Source: Actinomycetota bacterium
GTDB lineage: Bacteria; Actinomycetota; UBA4738; JBJMLN01
NCBI GenBank assembly: GCA_045805285.1
Contig: JBJMLN010000121.1
Coordinates: 8,126 to 72,125, forward strand
Direction of reading: 5' to 3'
Length of the DNA stretch: 64,000 nucleotides
Positions 29,324 through 38,885 of the stretch are shown here, in pieces; position 1 is the first letter of the stretch, and each line of letters starts with the position of its first letter. Position numbers and translations under genes: made by a program. The notes beneath the pieces are model-generated. The model was not told the origin of the DNA, did not search any database, and worked only from the letters and a program-made list of their open reading frames with translations.

Positions 29324-29713
29324 TCAATCCGGGCCGGCGACATCCTCCGGAGCCTCCGCGGCGTCGATCCGACGGATCTCGTTGCGGAACGTCCGGTAGT
29401 CCGACGCCGGATCCCATCCCGTGCCGGGACGGAGATCGGGAACGATGCGCGCAGTGAGCTCTGCCTCTCCGGCTCGGGTGAGCGCTGCGGCGCGGAACCA
29501 TTCGAGACTTCCGGGCTGGATCACCGACTCGCCGGTCGCACCGAGCATCCGCATCGAGGCGTCATCGGCGACGACCGGCGTCACACGGAACACACGCTCG
29601 AGCTTCTTGCGGACGTCGTCGTCCTCCGCCTCGACGACGGCACGGCGGCCGTCCCATCTGGCGCGGCCGACGACGTCATCGGAAGAATCGGGGCGGAAGA
29701 ACTCGACTCGCAC
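29324..29713 (-). CDS. Hypothetical protein
   Basis: GTG start directly after the cNMP gene stop; typical codon usage. Confidence 0.65.
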   Translation of the reverse strand: MRVEFFRPDSSDDVVGRARWDGRRAVVEAEDDDVRKKLERVFRVTPVVADDASMRMLGATGESVIQPGSLEWFRAAALTRAGEAELTARIVPDLRPGTGWDPASDYRTFRNEIRRIDAAEAPEDVAGPD

Positions 29714-29723
29714 GTCGTCCCGC

Positions 29724-30140
29724 TTACCGCTGGCGACGCATCATGAACCGCAGCCGGCGCGCGAGCGCCGTCAGGATCTTGACGGCGATCTCGGGCTCCT
29801 GCGTGAGCATGCGGTTGAACGGGTCTCGCCGGATCGCGAGGACCGTGATGGGCGTGTCGGCAACGATCGTCGCGGTCCGAGGTCCGCCGTCGAGGAGCGA
29901 GATCTCGCCGAAGAAGTCGCCGGGGAGCAGCCGGTCCACGGTGCGGTCGTCTCGGACGACGTCGGCCTGTCCCTCCACGAGGACGTACATGCTGTCGCCT
30001 TCCTCGCCCTCGCGCACGATGCTCGCGCCTTCGTGGTAGCGCTCCTCCTCCATCACGTCGGCGACGCGCTTGACGTGGCGCTTCGAGAGCTCGGAGAAGA
30101 GCGGCACACTCATCAGGATGTCCCGACCTCGGTTCGCCAC
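29724..30140 (-). CDS. Stand-alone cyclic nucleotide-binding domain protein
   Basis: SVPLFSEL...IVREGEEGDSMYVLVEG...FFGEISLLDGGPRTATI. Confidence 0.92.
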   Translation of the reverse strand: MANRGRDILMSVPLFSELSKRHVKRVADVMEEERYHEGASIVREGEEGDSMYVLVEGQADVVRDDRTVDRLLPGDFFGEISLLDGGPRTATIVADTPITVLAIRRDPFNRMLTQEPEIAVKILTALARRLRFMMRRQR

Positions 30141-30226
30141 GTCCCCTCCCTATCCGGCGCGGCCAGCCTACCCGTCCGGCGGGCCTCGCGGAACGGTGTC
30201 GTCCCCCCTCGCTACGTTTCTCCCTC

Positions 30227-30913
30227 GTGGGCTTCACGACCGCCGCTCCGGCGCCGGCCGCGAGCGCGCTCCCCCCGCTTCGACCGGCTCCTGACTCGCG
30301 TTCACGCGACGCGGGGTCACGGCTATGGGAAGCGCTCGGCGGAGTCGCCGTTCGGTCAAGGTCTCGGGCAGAACAGGCGCTCCTCCGTCAGGACGAGCCG
30401 CAGCGGAGGATCTTCCTCGTGGAATCCGGGGTCGTGGAGCTTTCCTGCGTCGCGGAGTCGGGGCGGGAGTGCGTCCTCGATCTGGTGCTTCCTGGAGAGG
30501 CGTTCGGCGGGCTCGTAGGCGAGACGCCGTTCGCGGCGATCGCGAGGGAGGAATGTCAGGTTCTCAGTGCCGGTCCCGCCGAGATGCAGGCCGCTCGAGA
30601 TGCCCGAGTGGCGACGGCCGTGACCGAGATGGCTCAGCAGCGCGCGCTGCGGTTGGCGGAGCGCCTCCGCGAAGCGCTCGTCCTCGATTCGGCGGAGCGC
30701 GTGATGGCGGTGGTGTCGGATCTCGCCGATCGCCGATCCACGAGGACGCCGGAGGGGCGGCGCGTGGACGTCTCCATCACGCAGGAGGACCTCGGGCGCA
30801 TGACGGGATGCACACGGGAGACGGTCAACCGGACGCTCGGTCCTCTGCTCGCGGAGCGCCGCTTGCTGCGCCGGGGTCGTCGGTTCGTTGTGCCGTACTC
30901 GGTTCCGCCGTAA
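30227..30913 (+). CDS. Crp/Fnr-family regulator with degenerate cNMP pocket
   Basis: LLRQDEPQRRIFLVESGVV...GEAFG; ITQEDLGRMTGCTRETVNRTL HTH; start uncertain. Confidence 0.78.
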   Translation: MGFTTAAPAPAASALPPLRPAPDSRSRDAGSRLWEALGGVAVRSRSRAEQALLRQDEPQRRIFLVESGVVELSCVAESGRECVLDLVLPGEAFGGLVGETPFAAIAREECQVLSAGPAEMQAARDARVATAVTEMAQQRALRLAERLREALVLDSAERVMAVVSDLADRRSTRTPEGRRVDVSITQEDLGRMTGCTRETVNRTLGPLLAERRLLRRGRRFVVPYSVPP

Positions 30914-31781
30914 CGGGCTCCTGGAGCATCTCCACGCTGTGCTTCTCGCAGAGCGGCGCGGCTCCGCGGATGGGGCGGCCGCAGCGCGCGCACGGGTGCG
31001 TCTCCGTCAGAGCGAACCGGGCGTCGTCGTCCGGCGCCGATTCGACGCGGCGCCCGCGGCCTTCGCTCTCCAGCTTCAGGAGGTGCGCGAGCACCGAGCG
31101 CGCCGCGAGCGGCCAGGCCTCCTGCGGATAGTCGGCATAGATGGCAGGAACGAGCTCCTCCGCCGTGCGTTGCTCGTCACCGAGCGCGGAGAGGACCTGG
31201 CGTTCGCGCTCGGCGCGATGGCGGAGGTACTCGTCGAGCTTCTCCGAGACGCGGAACACCGCCGGCCCGTGTCCCGGATAGATCGCCGCGGCGTCGAGAT
31301 CGCGGAGCCGCCGGAGCGAGCGCAGATACGCGGCAAGGTCTCCTTCCGGCGGGTCGATGAAGCTCGTGCCTCTCCCGAGCACCGTGTCGCCGGTGAACAG
31401 CGCGCGACTTTCCGGCTCGATGACCGCGACGGAGTCGGCGGTGTGTCCGGGAACGTGGAACACGACCAGCGAGAGGCCGCCGAACGTCAGCTGCTGCCCG
31501 TCGCGGAGATGCGCCGTGCCTTCGGCGGCGAAGGAGAGCACGGGAGCGCCCGTGCTTTTCGAGAACGCCGTCGCGCCGGTCGCGTGATCCTCGTGGTGGT
31601 GCGTCAGGAGGATCGCGCCGACCCGTCCGGCGGCGCGCGCCACGTCCTCGAGATGCGAAGGGATGTCCGGACCCGGATCGATCACGATTGCGGGATCGCG
31701 CCCGACGATCCACGTGTTGGTTCCCTCCAGCGTGTACACGCTCGGGTTCGGAGCGAGGACGCGAACGATGCGCGGCGTCAC
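30825..31781 (-). CDS. MBL-fold metallo-hydrolase (LACTB2-like) with Cys-rich tail
   Basis: APNPSVYTLEGTNTW, THHHEDH, PGHTADS, FTGDTVLG, YPGHG; tail CARC...CEKH. Confidence 0.9.
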   Translation of the reverse strand: MTPRIVRVLAPNPSVYTLEGTNTWIVGRDPAIVIDPGPDIPSHLEDVARAAGRVGAILLTHHHEDHATGATAFSKSTGAPVLSFAAEGTAHLRDGQQLTFGGLSLVVFHVPGHTADSVAVIEPESRALFTGDTVLGRGTSFIDPPEGDLAAYLRSLRRLRDLDAAAIYPGHGPAVFRVSEKLDEYLRHRAERERQVLSALGDEQRTAEELVPAIYADYPQEAWPLAARSVLAHLLKLESEGRGRRVESAPDDDARFALTETHPCARCGRPIRGAAPLCEKHSVEMLQEPVTAEPSTAQRTDDPGAASGAPRAEDRASG

Positions 31782-32389
31782 TCGTCCGCCTCGTCGCCGT
31801 CGTCCTGCGGGATGTCGAGGGCGAGGACCTCCTCCACCGTGGAGCAGGTAGCGAGCGCCTCCATCGTCTTGAACGTGGGCCAGTACAGCGACGTGGCTCC
31901 GGCCTCGTACTCCTTCAGTAACGCGCGCGGATCGGCCCACCACGCGCGCTCCGCCTCCGCGCCGTCCGCGGTCGGTTGCACCCCGTTGGAACCGCGCACC
32001 GCGAAGAAGCGCGCGTCGAAGCGGACGGGAACCTCCTCCGGCGCGACCCAATGCGAGATCAGATGGAGCTCCGCGGCCGGTGGGGGGGCGTCCTCGACGG
32101 TTCCGTCAGCCTCGCGTCGCAAGCCGGCCGCGGTCAGCGCGAGGCCGGTCTCCTCGGCCAACTCGCGGAGGGCGCACGCGCGCGTCGCCTCGGCTGCGTT
32201 CCCGAACCACCGTTGAGCGAGCGCCGCATCCTCTGCATCCACGGCCCCACCGGGAAACACGACGTAGCCGGGAAGGAACCGGCTCTCTGAGGAACGCCGC
32301 AAGACGAGCACCTCGATGCCGTCGTCCGTGTCGCGTGCGGCGATCACGGTCGCGGCCGGACGCGGTTCCTGGGGCGCAGGCGTCTCCAT
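31778..32389 (-). CDS. NUDIX hydrolase
   Basis: FPGGAVDAED...CALRELAEETGL Nudix box; RFDARFF. Confidence 0.9.
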   Translation of the reverse strand: METPAPQEPRPAATVIAARDTDDGIEVLVLRRSSESRFLPGYVVFPGGAVDAEDAALAQRWFGNAAEATRACALRELAEETGLALTAAGLRREADGTVEDAPPPAAELHLISHWVAPEEVPVRFDARFFAVRGSNGVQPTADGAEAERAWWADPRALLKEYEAGATSLYWPTFKTMEALATCSTVEEVLALDIPQDDGDEADE

Positions 32390-32421
32390 GGCGCGATTCT
32401 CCCAGGCGCCATACTCGTCCC

Positions 32422-33468
32422 ATGCCCGGACCGGAGGACGTTCGCGCGCGCGTCGTCGAAGCGATCGAAGATCACGGCTCGATCCGGTTCGACGAGTACA
32501 TGGAACTTGCCCTCTACGCGCCCGGCGGGTTCTTCGACGCGCCGCCGGTCGGGGAGACGAGGCACTTCGTCACGAGCCCGCACGTCCATCCGTTGTTCGG
32601 AAAGCTGCTCGCGAACGGTCTCCGCCAGGTCTGGGGGCTGCTCGACAGGCCGGATCCCTTCCCGATCGTCGAAGCCGGGGCCGGCGACGGGACCTTCGCG
32701 CGGCAACTTCTCGAGGCGCTCGAAGACGTTCCGGTCGCGTATACCGCGGTGGAGCGGAGCCGCGGGGCCCGAGCTGCGCTCGAGGAGCGAGGCCTCTTCG
32801 TCGTCGGCGACCTTTCGGCGAGCGAGCCGATCGAACGCGGCGTCGTGCTCGCGAACGAGCTCCTGGACAACCTTCCGTTCAGGCGGGTCCGCGGGACAGA
32901 GGACGGACCGGTCGAGGTACACGTCGGTCTCGCCGACGAGCGACTCGTGGAGGTGGAGATGCCTCCCGGCGACGACATCGAGACGAAACCGGCGGTAGGC
33001 GACGAGATCGCCGTTCCCGTCGGCGCGTTCGCATTCGTCGACGAGCTGGCCGATGCCCTCGGCGACGGTTACGCGCTGCTCATCGACTACGAGGGCGGAA
33101 CAAACGACGTCCACGGCTACCGCGAGCACCGCGTCGTGGAGATCGACGTCGACGCACCCGGAACGACGGACATCACCGCCGGCGTCGACCTCCAGGCGGT
33201 CGCGCGGCACGCCGAAGCGCGGGGTTTCCGTTCGTTCGGAACCGTCTCCCAGACGGATGCGCTCCGCACGCTCGGGTTCGAGGAGTGGTTCCTCGCGGAA
33301 CGCGATCGACAGACGTCGCTCCTGTCATCGGGAAGCGGCATCGAAGCCGTCCAGACCTGGAGCGGGAAGAATGCCGCGATGGAGCTCGTCGACCCGGCGG
33401 GACTCGGAACGCTTCGCTGGCTCACGCTCGCGACCGACGGCCGGCCGAAGCCGCCGTGGAACCGCTGA
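32422..33468 (+). CDS. MidA/NDUFAF7 (DUF185)-family SAM-dependent methyltransferase
   Basis: SIRFDEYMELALY...FVTSP...EAGAGDG...ANELLDNLP...LLIDY...DITAGVDL. Confidence 0.88.
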   Translation: MPGPEDVRARVVEAIEDHGSIRFDEYMELALYAPGGFFDAPPVGETRHFVTSPHVHPLFGKLLANGLRQVWGLLDRPDPFPIVEAGAGDGTFARQLLEALEDVPVAYTAVERSRGARAALEERGLFVVGDLSASEPIERGVVLANELLDNLPFRRVRGTEDGPVEVHVGLADERLVEVEMPPGDDIETKPAVGDEIAVPVGAFAFVDELADALGDGYALLIDYEGGTNDVHGYREHRVVEIDVDAPGTTDITAGVDLQAVARHAEARGFRSFGTVSQTDALRTLGFEEWFLAERDRQTSLLSSGSGIEAVQTWSGKNAAMELVDPAGLGTLRWLTLATDGRPKPPWNR

Positions 33469-33471
33469 GCG

Positions 33472-34662
33472 CTACTTGTCGACGTCTCCGACGACGAAGA
33501 AGATGCTGCCGAGGATCGCGATCAGGTCCGGAACGAGCGTTCCCGGAAGCATCGCCGGAAGCACCGACACGTTGTTGAACGACGCGGTCCGCATCCGAAG
33601 CCGGTATGGCTCCTTCTTGCCGTTCCCGACGAGGTAGTACCCCATGAGCCCGAGCGGGTTCTCGGTGCGGAAGTAGATCTCGCCCTCCGGCTTCACGGTC
33701 TTCGGGAGCTTCGGCGCGATGTACGGCCCGGCGGGGAGCTTCTCCATGCACTGCTCGATGATGTTGGTCGACTGCCACATCCGCTGCACGAGCACCCACA
33801 TGCGGTCGTACGCGTCGCCGTCCTTGCCGACCGGGACGTCGAACTCAACCTCGCCGTACTTCTCGTACGGCTCGTCCTTGCGGGAGTCGACGGCGACGCC
33901 GGAGCCCTGCGCCACCGGGCCGGAACAGCCGTACGCGATCGCGGTCTCGGGTGGAAGGACGCCAACACCGCGCGTCCTCGCGAAGATGATCTCATTGCCC
34001 ATCACGAGGTTCTCGAAGTCCTTGAGCTTCGCGCGCACCCACTTCAACACCTCAGCCGACTCCTTCAGGAAGCCACGGGGGAGGTCGTCCTTCAGTCCGC
34101 CGACGCGGCAGTAGGAGTGGTGCATGCGCGCGCCCGTGCACGACTCCATGAGGTCCTGGATCATCTCCCGCTCGCGGAACGCGAAGAAGATCGGCGTCAT
34201 CGCGCCGAGCTCCAGCGGAAAGGACCCCGTGAACATCAGGTGGTTCAGGATGCGGTTCCACTCCGCCATCATCGTGCGGATCCACTGCGCTCGTTCGGGA
34301 ACCTCGATGCCGACGAGGCGCTCCACCGCGTTCACCCAGCCGAGTTCGTTATTGAACGCCGAGAGCCAGTCGTGACGGTTCATCAACACGAGGACCTGCC
34401 GGGCGTCGCGGTACTCGGAGATCTTCTCAGCGCCCCGGTGCATGTAGCCGATCACCGGCTCGGCGCGACGGATCACCTCTCCGTCGAGCTCGAGAACGAC
34501 CCGGAGGACCCCGTGGGTGGAGGGGTGCTGCGGCCCGATGTTGAGGATCATCTCCTCGGTCCGAAGGCCGCCCGGCTCCGCGACCTCGATGTCCAGGCCG
34601 CCGCCGCGGACCATCCAGTGTTCGGCGGCGGTGGAGAAGGCTGTGCGCTCCTCGGTGTCCAT
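33472..34662 (-). CDS. nuoD: NADH-quinone oxidoreductase subunit D (stand-alone paralog)
   Basis: NIGPQHPSTHGVLR, IGYMHRGAEK, RAQWIRTMMAEWNRILNHL, ends GDVDK; no other nuo genes in the window. Confidence 0.95.
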   Translation of the reverse strand: MDTEERTAFSTAAEHWMVRGGGLDIEVAEPGGLRTEEMILNIGPQHPSTHGVLRVVLELDGEVIRRAEPVIGYMHRGAEKISEYRDARQVLVLMNRHDWLSAFNNELGWVNAVERLVGIEVPERAQWIRTMMAEWNRILNHLMFTGSFPLELGAMTPIFFAFREREMIQDLMESCTGARMHHSYCRVGGLKDDLPRGFLKESAEVLKWVRAKLKDFENLVMGNEIIFARTRGVGVLPPETAIAYGCSGPVAQGSGVAVDSRKDEPYEKYGEVEFDVPVGKDGDAYDRMWVLVQRMWQSTNIIEQCMEKLPAGPYIAPKLPKTVKPEGEIYFRTENPLGLMGYYLVGNGKKEPYRLRMRTASFNNVSVLPAMLPGTLVPDLIAILGSIFFVVGDVDK

Positions 34663-34744
34663 TCCCTCCATTCTGCCGCACTCGGGCGGAGCCGACACGC
34701 TTCCCAGGTCGCGGTGGTGAGGCCTGACGGTACGCTCCATCCCT

Positions 34745-36187
34745 ATGGCGCAGGCGACCCGGAAGGCGACGGCGGGGCTCCGGCGCCGGATCCCGTCGGT
34801 GGACACTCTCCTCCGCTCTCCGGCGGGCGCGAGGATCGCCGAGGCGGTCGGCCGGCCGATCCTGAAGCAGTCGCTCGCAAGCGTCCTGTTCGACGTCCGC
34901 GCCGACGCAGCCGCGGGCGTGGCGCCTCCGGAGGACGACGTCATCCTCGCTCGGGCCGCACAGCTCTCCTCCAGCATCGTCACGGGGCTGACCCCGTCGA
35001 TCAACGCGACGGGGGTGATCCTCCACACCGGTCTCGGGCGGGCGCCGCTTCCGGCACGAGCGGCGAAGGCCGCAGCCAAGGCGGCGCGTTCCTACTCCGA
35101 TCTGGAGATCGATCGCGCGCGCGGCCTTCGCGGAAAGCGAACGACGCGCGCCGAGGCGCTCCTGACGGCGATCACCGGCGCGGAGGCCGCGTTCGTCGTC
35201 AACAACAACGCCGCGGCGCTCCTGTTGATGCTCGCCGCGATCGCGCGACGCAAGGACGTGTTGGTCTCCCGCGGCGAGCTGATCGAGATCGGCGGAGAGT
35301 TCCGCCTGCCCGACATCATGGCTGCGTCCGGCGCGAAGCTCGTGGAGGTCGGCACGACGAACCGGACGCGGATCGGCGATTACCGCTCCGCGTTGACCGA
35401 GAAGACCGGCGCGATCCTGAAGGTCCATCCGAGCAACTACCGCGTCGTCGGGTTCTCCGCGACGCCGACGACGAAGGTGCTCGCCGACCTCGCGCGGCCG
35501 CGCGACGTTCCGCTCCTCTTCGACCTCGGCTCCGGCCTGTTGCGAAAGACGCCGGGGTTTCCCGACGACGAGCCCTCGGTCCGCGACGCGCTCGCGGACG
35601 GAGCGGACCTCGCCTGCTTCTCCGGCGACAAGCTCCTGGGAGGGCCGCAGGCAGGCATCGTCGTCGGTCGCGCGGATCTCGTCGAACGGTTGCGGAAGCA
35701 TCCGCTCGCCCGAGCGCTGCGCGTGGACAAGATGCAGGTGGCGGCATTGGAGGCGGTCCTGCGTGACCACGAGATGGGGAGAGAGACCGAGCTCCCGGTT
35801 CACCGGATGCTGCACGAGTCCGACGCGGTCGTTCGCGACCGCGCGCAGACGCTCGAGGAAGCCCTCGACGGAGAGCTGGAGGGAGCGCACCTGCGCCACT
35901 CCGAGGCCGTCGTCGGAGGAGGCTCCATGCCGGGCCACTCGCTGCCGTCGTGGAGCGTCTTCCTCGACATCGCCGACCCCCCCGAGTTCGCGGCGCGCCT
36001 TCGCACCGGCGCGGTTCCGGTGTTCTGTCGCGTGGAGGAGACGACGGTGTCGTTCGACCTCCGGACGGTCGCGGACGAGGAGCTCCCGCACCTCGCGCGC
36101 GCGATCACGTACGCGCTCGAGGGCGATCCGCTCCACGAGCAGGCGGAGCACGCCGACGACGACGCAGAGGAGCCTCCGGGCCCGTGA
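34745..36187 (+). CDS. selA: L-seryl-tRNA(Sec) selenium transferase
   Basis: INATGVILHTGLGRAPL, VNNNAAA, EIGGEFRLPDIM, FSGDKLLGGPQAG (PLP Lys). Confidence 0.96.
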   Translation: MAQATRKATAGLRRRIPSVDTLLRSPAGARIAEAVGRPILKQSLASVLFDVRADAAAGVAPPEDDVILARAAQLSSSIVTGLTPSINATGVILHTGLGRAPLPARAAKAAAKAARSYSDLEIDRARGLRGKRTTRAEALLTAITGAEAAFVVNNNAAALLLMLAAIARRKDVLVSRGELIEIGGEFRLPDIMAASGAKLVEVGTTNRTRIGDYRSALTEKTGAILKVHPSNYRVVGFSATPTTKVLADLARPRDVPLLFDLGSGLLRKTPGFPDDEPSVRDALADGADLACFSGDKLLGGPQAGIVVGRADLVERLRKHPLARALRVDKMQVAALEAVLRDHEMGRETELPVHRMLHESDAVVRDRAQTLEEALDGELEGAHLRHSEAVVGGGSMPGHSLPSWSVFLDIADPPEFAARLRTGAVPVFCRVEETTVSFDLRTVADEELPHLARAITYALEGDPLHEQAEHADDDAEEPPGP

Positions 36188-38076
36188 GCGACTCCGCGGC
36201 GGACAGCGTCCCCGCGCATCCCCGCGTCGTCGCGACGGCCGGCCACGTCGACCACGGGAAGTCCTCACTCATTCGCCGGCTGACGGGGATGGATCCGGAC
36301 CGTCTCGCGGAAGAGAAGCGCCGCGGCCTCACGATCGATCTCGGGTTCGCGTGGGTCACGCTCCCGTCCGGCCAGGAGATCGGGTTCGTTGACGTTCCGG
36401 GCCACGAGCGCTTCGTCGCGAACATGCTCGCGGGCGTCGGAGCCGTCCGGCTGGTGCTATTCGTCGTCGCCGCCGACGAGGGCTGGAAACCCCAGTCGGA
36501 GGAGCACCTCGCGATCCTGGACGTGCTCGGCGTCGAGGGAGCAGTCGTCGCCCTGACGAAGTCCGACCTCGTCGATGACGACGGCTTGGAGATGGCACGC
36601 GCGGAGGCGGAGGAGCGGATCGTCTCCACGGCGCTGGCGGGAGCGCCCATCGTTCCCGTTTCGTCCTCGACCGGCGACCGGGTCGACGACGTCGCGGCGG
36701 CGCTCGACTCCATGATCGTGAGCGCGCCCACGCCCGCGGAGAACGAGCGTCCCCGGCAGTTCATCGACCGTGTCTTCTCGATCCGCGGCGCCGGAACCGT
36801 CGTCACCGGAACGCTGACCGGCGGAGCGCTGCGCGCGGGCGACGACGTGGAGATCGCTCCGCGAGGCGTGCGGGCGCGCGTGCGAGCGTTGCAGACGCAC
36901 AAGCGCTCCCTGGAAGAGGCCGCTCCGGGAACACGCGTCGCGGTGAACCTCTCCGGAACCGAGCGTGCGGATCTCCAGCGCGGCGACGTGCTGATCCGTC
37001 CTCGCGCGTGGAGGAGCACATCGACGTTCGAGGCCGAGCTCCGCGGCGTCCGGGGATTGCGTCACGCCGTCACGGACCGCGGCTCCTACAAGCTGTATGC
37101 GGGGTCGGCCGAGCGTGACGCGCGCATCCGCCTGTACGGCGCCGCTGAGCTCGGCGCGGGCGACCGGACCTTCGCGCGTGTGCGGATCTCCGTTCCGTTT
37201 CCGTTGGAAGCGGGCGACCGGTTCGTTCTCCGCGACACCGGCCGGCGCGAGACCGTCGCGGGCGGTGTCGTGCTCGACGTGGCGCCGCCCTCGCGGTCGG
37301 GGAGAGATGCCTCCGGCCGACTGACGGCGCGCCGCGACGCAGATCCTTCGCGGATCGCCGACCTGACCGTCGCGGAACGCGGCGCCGTGCGCATCCGCGA
37401 CGTCGTGCTCCTGACGGGGCGGATACCGACGTCGGACATCCATCGCGTGGGCGATTGGACATTGAGCGCAAACCTCCACGGCGACGTCGTCCACGATGTC
37501 ACCGCCGCGTTCGAGGACTTCCATCGAGCGAATCCGATGCGGGAGGGAGCGGACGTTGCGTTCGCGCGGCGCGCCGCCTCCGAATCGTTGCATCGCCGAT
37601 CCCACGAGGCGACCGATGACCTCGTGGACGCGCTCGTCGACGATCTCGTCACGAACGGCGTCCTGTCGCGCAAGGGCGGAACGCTCCGGCTCGCCTCGCA
37701 TCGCGTCACGCTCGGCGAACGGGAGGAGGAGATCGAGCGACTGGTGAAGGCGGTTGCCGTCGCGGAACCGACTCCACCGACGGTTCCGGAGCTCGTCGCC
37801 TCAGGAACGAAGCGCGACGCGATCGAGGCGGCGACGACGACTGGCAAGCTCGTGCGGATCTCTCCGGAGCTCGTGATGACGCCGGAGCTCGTCGCCGAGG
37901 CGGAACGGATCGTCCGCGAGCTCGGCGCGAGCGGCATCACCGTCAGCGCGTTCCGCGAGGGCCTGGCAACGTCGCGCAAGTTCGCACTTCCGCTGTTGGA
38001 GTACTTCGACGCGCGCGGCATCACGCTCCGTCGCGGCGACGTTCGTGTGTTGCGCGAGAGCGCCGCCGACCGCTGA
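36184..38076 (+). CDS. selB: Selenocysteine-specific elongation factor
   Basis: TAGHVDHGKS, EEKRRGLTIDLGF, DVPGHERF; C-terminal winged helix SRKFALPLLEYFD...TLRRGD; GTGA overlap with selA. Confidence 0.95.
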   Translation: MSDSAADSVPAHPRVVATAGHVDHGKSSLIRRLTGMDPDRLAEEKRRGLTIDLGFAWVTLPSGQEIGFVDVPGHERFVANMLAGVGAVRLVLFVVAADEGWKPQSEEHLAILDVLGVEGAVVALTKSDLVDDDGLEMARAEAEERIVSTALAGAPIVPVSSSTGDRVDDVAAALDSMIVSAPTPAENERPRQFIDRVFSIRGAGTVVTGTLTGGALRAGDDVEIAPRGVRARVRALQTHKRSLEEAAPGTRVAVNLSGTERADLQRGDVLIRPRAWRSTSTFEAELRGVRGLRHAVTDRGSYKLYAGSAERDARIRLYGAAELGAGDRTFARVRISVPFPLEAGDRFVLRDTGRRETVAGGVVLDVAPPSRSGRDASGRLTARRDADPSRIADLTVAERGAVRIRDVVLLTGRIPTSDIHRVGDWTLSANLHGDVVHDVTAAFEDFHRANPMREGADVAFARRAASESLHRRSHEATDDLVDALVDDLVTNGVLSRKGGTLRLASHRVTLGEREEEIERLVKAVAVAEPTPPTVPELVASGTKRDAIEAATTTGKLVRISPELVMTPELVAEAERIVRELGASGITVSAFREGLATSRKFALPLLEYFDARGITLRRGDVRVLRESAADR

Positions 38077-38083
38077 GTTCCGG

Positions 38084-38560
38084 CTACGCGAGCTCGGCGA
38101 TCAGCGCAACCTCGACGCAGGCGTTCAGCGGCAGTTCCGGAACGCCGACCGCGTACCGCGCGTGCGACCCGGCGTCCTGACCGAACACCTCGACGAGGAA
38201 ATCGCTCGCGCCGTTCGCGACCGATGGCTGCTGCGTAAAACCTGGCGCGGAGGAGACGAACACCGACAGCTGCACGATCCCCGCGACCTCGTCGAGCGAT
38301 CCGACCGTCGCGCGAAGCACCGACAGCGCCTGGAGCGCGCATCGCTTGGCGGCCTCCGCTCCGTCCTCCACGGAGACCTCGGCGCCCAGATGTCCCTCGA
38401 CGAGGACCTTTCCGTCCTGCATCGGGACCTGACCGGAGACGTGGGCGAGACCCGCGGCAACCTTCACGGGGATGTAGGAGTACAGCGGCTTCGCGGGCGG
38501 CGGGAGCTCGATCCCGAGGCTCGCGAGCGCCGCTTCGGGGCCTTCCGGCTGGACGGACAT
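38084..38560 (-). CDS. RidA/YjgF family protein
   Basis: LGIELP...YIPV...VSGQVP...VANGASDFLVEVFG...HARYAVGV..LPLNACVE. Confidence 0.93.
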   Translation of the reverse strand: MSVQPEGPEAALASLGIELPPPAKPLYSYIPVKVAAGLAHVSGQVPMQDGKVLVEGHLGAEVSVEDGAEAAKRCALQALSVLRATVGSLDEVAGIVQLSVFVSSAPGFTQQPSVANGASDFLVEVFGQDAGSHARYAVGVPELPLNACVEVALIAELA

Positions 38561-38603
38561 GGCCGGATTCTTCCAGAGTCCGGGCCGCGGGGCGCTGCGG
38601 GCG

Positions 38604-38885
38604 CTAGCCCGCCCGCAGCTCCCGCTGGCGGAGAACGGCGCGGCGCTCCAGCTCGTTCAGCCCGCCCCAGACCCCGTGGCCCTCGCGGACGTCGAGGGCG
38701 TACTCCAGGCAATCGGTCCGGACGTCACACCGCGCGCAGAACGCCTTGGCTCGCGCCTCGCGCCCGAGCTTCTCCTCCCGGCGCTCGAAGTAGTTCGGGG
38801 CGAAGAACAGGGAGGAGTCCTCGCCGCGGCAGGCGGCGCTGAACTGCCAACCGGCGCTCCAGCTCCTCCTGATCGGCTCGGCCAT
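38604..38885 (-). CDS. WhiB-family Fe-S transcriptional regulator
   Basis: WQFSAAC...LFF...AKAFCARCDVRTDCLEYAL...GVWGGLNELERR. Confidence 0.95.
   Translation of the reverse strand: MAEPIRRSWSAGWQFSAACRGEDSSLFFAPNYFERREEKLGREARAKAFCARCDVRTDCLEYALDVREGHGVWGGLNELERRAVLRQRELRAG

Noticed and set aside
34745-38076. Selenoprotein (in-frame TGA) near selAB
   Set aside because: The TGA-ending genes I checked end at natural family C-termini; no read-through continuation was evident.
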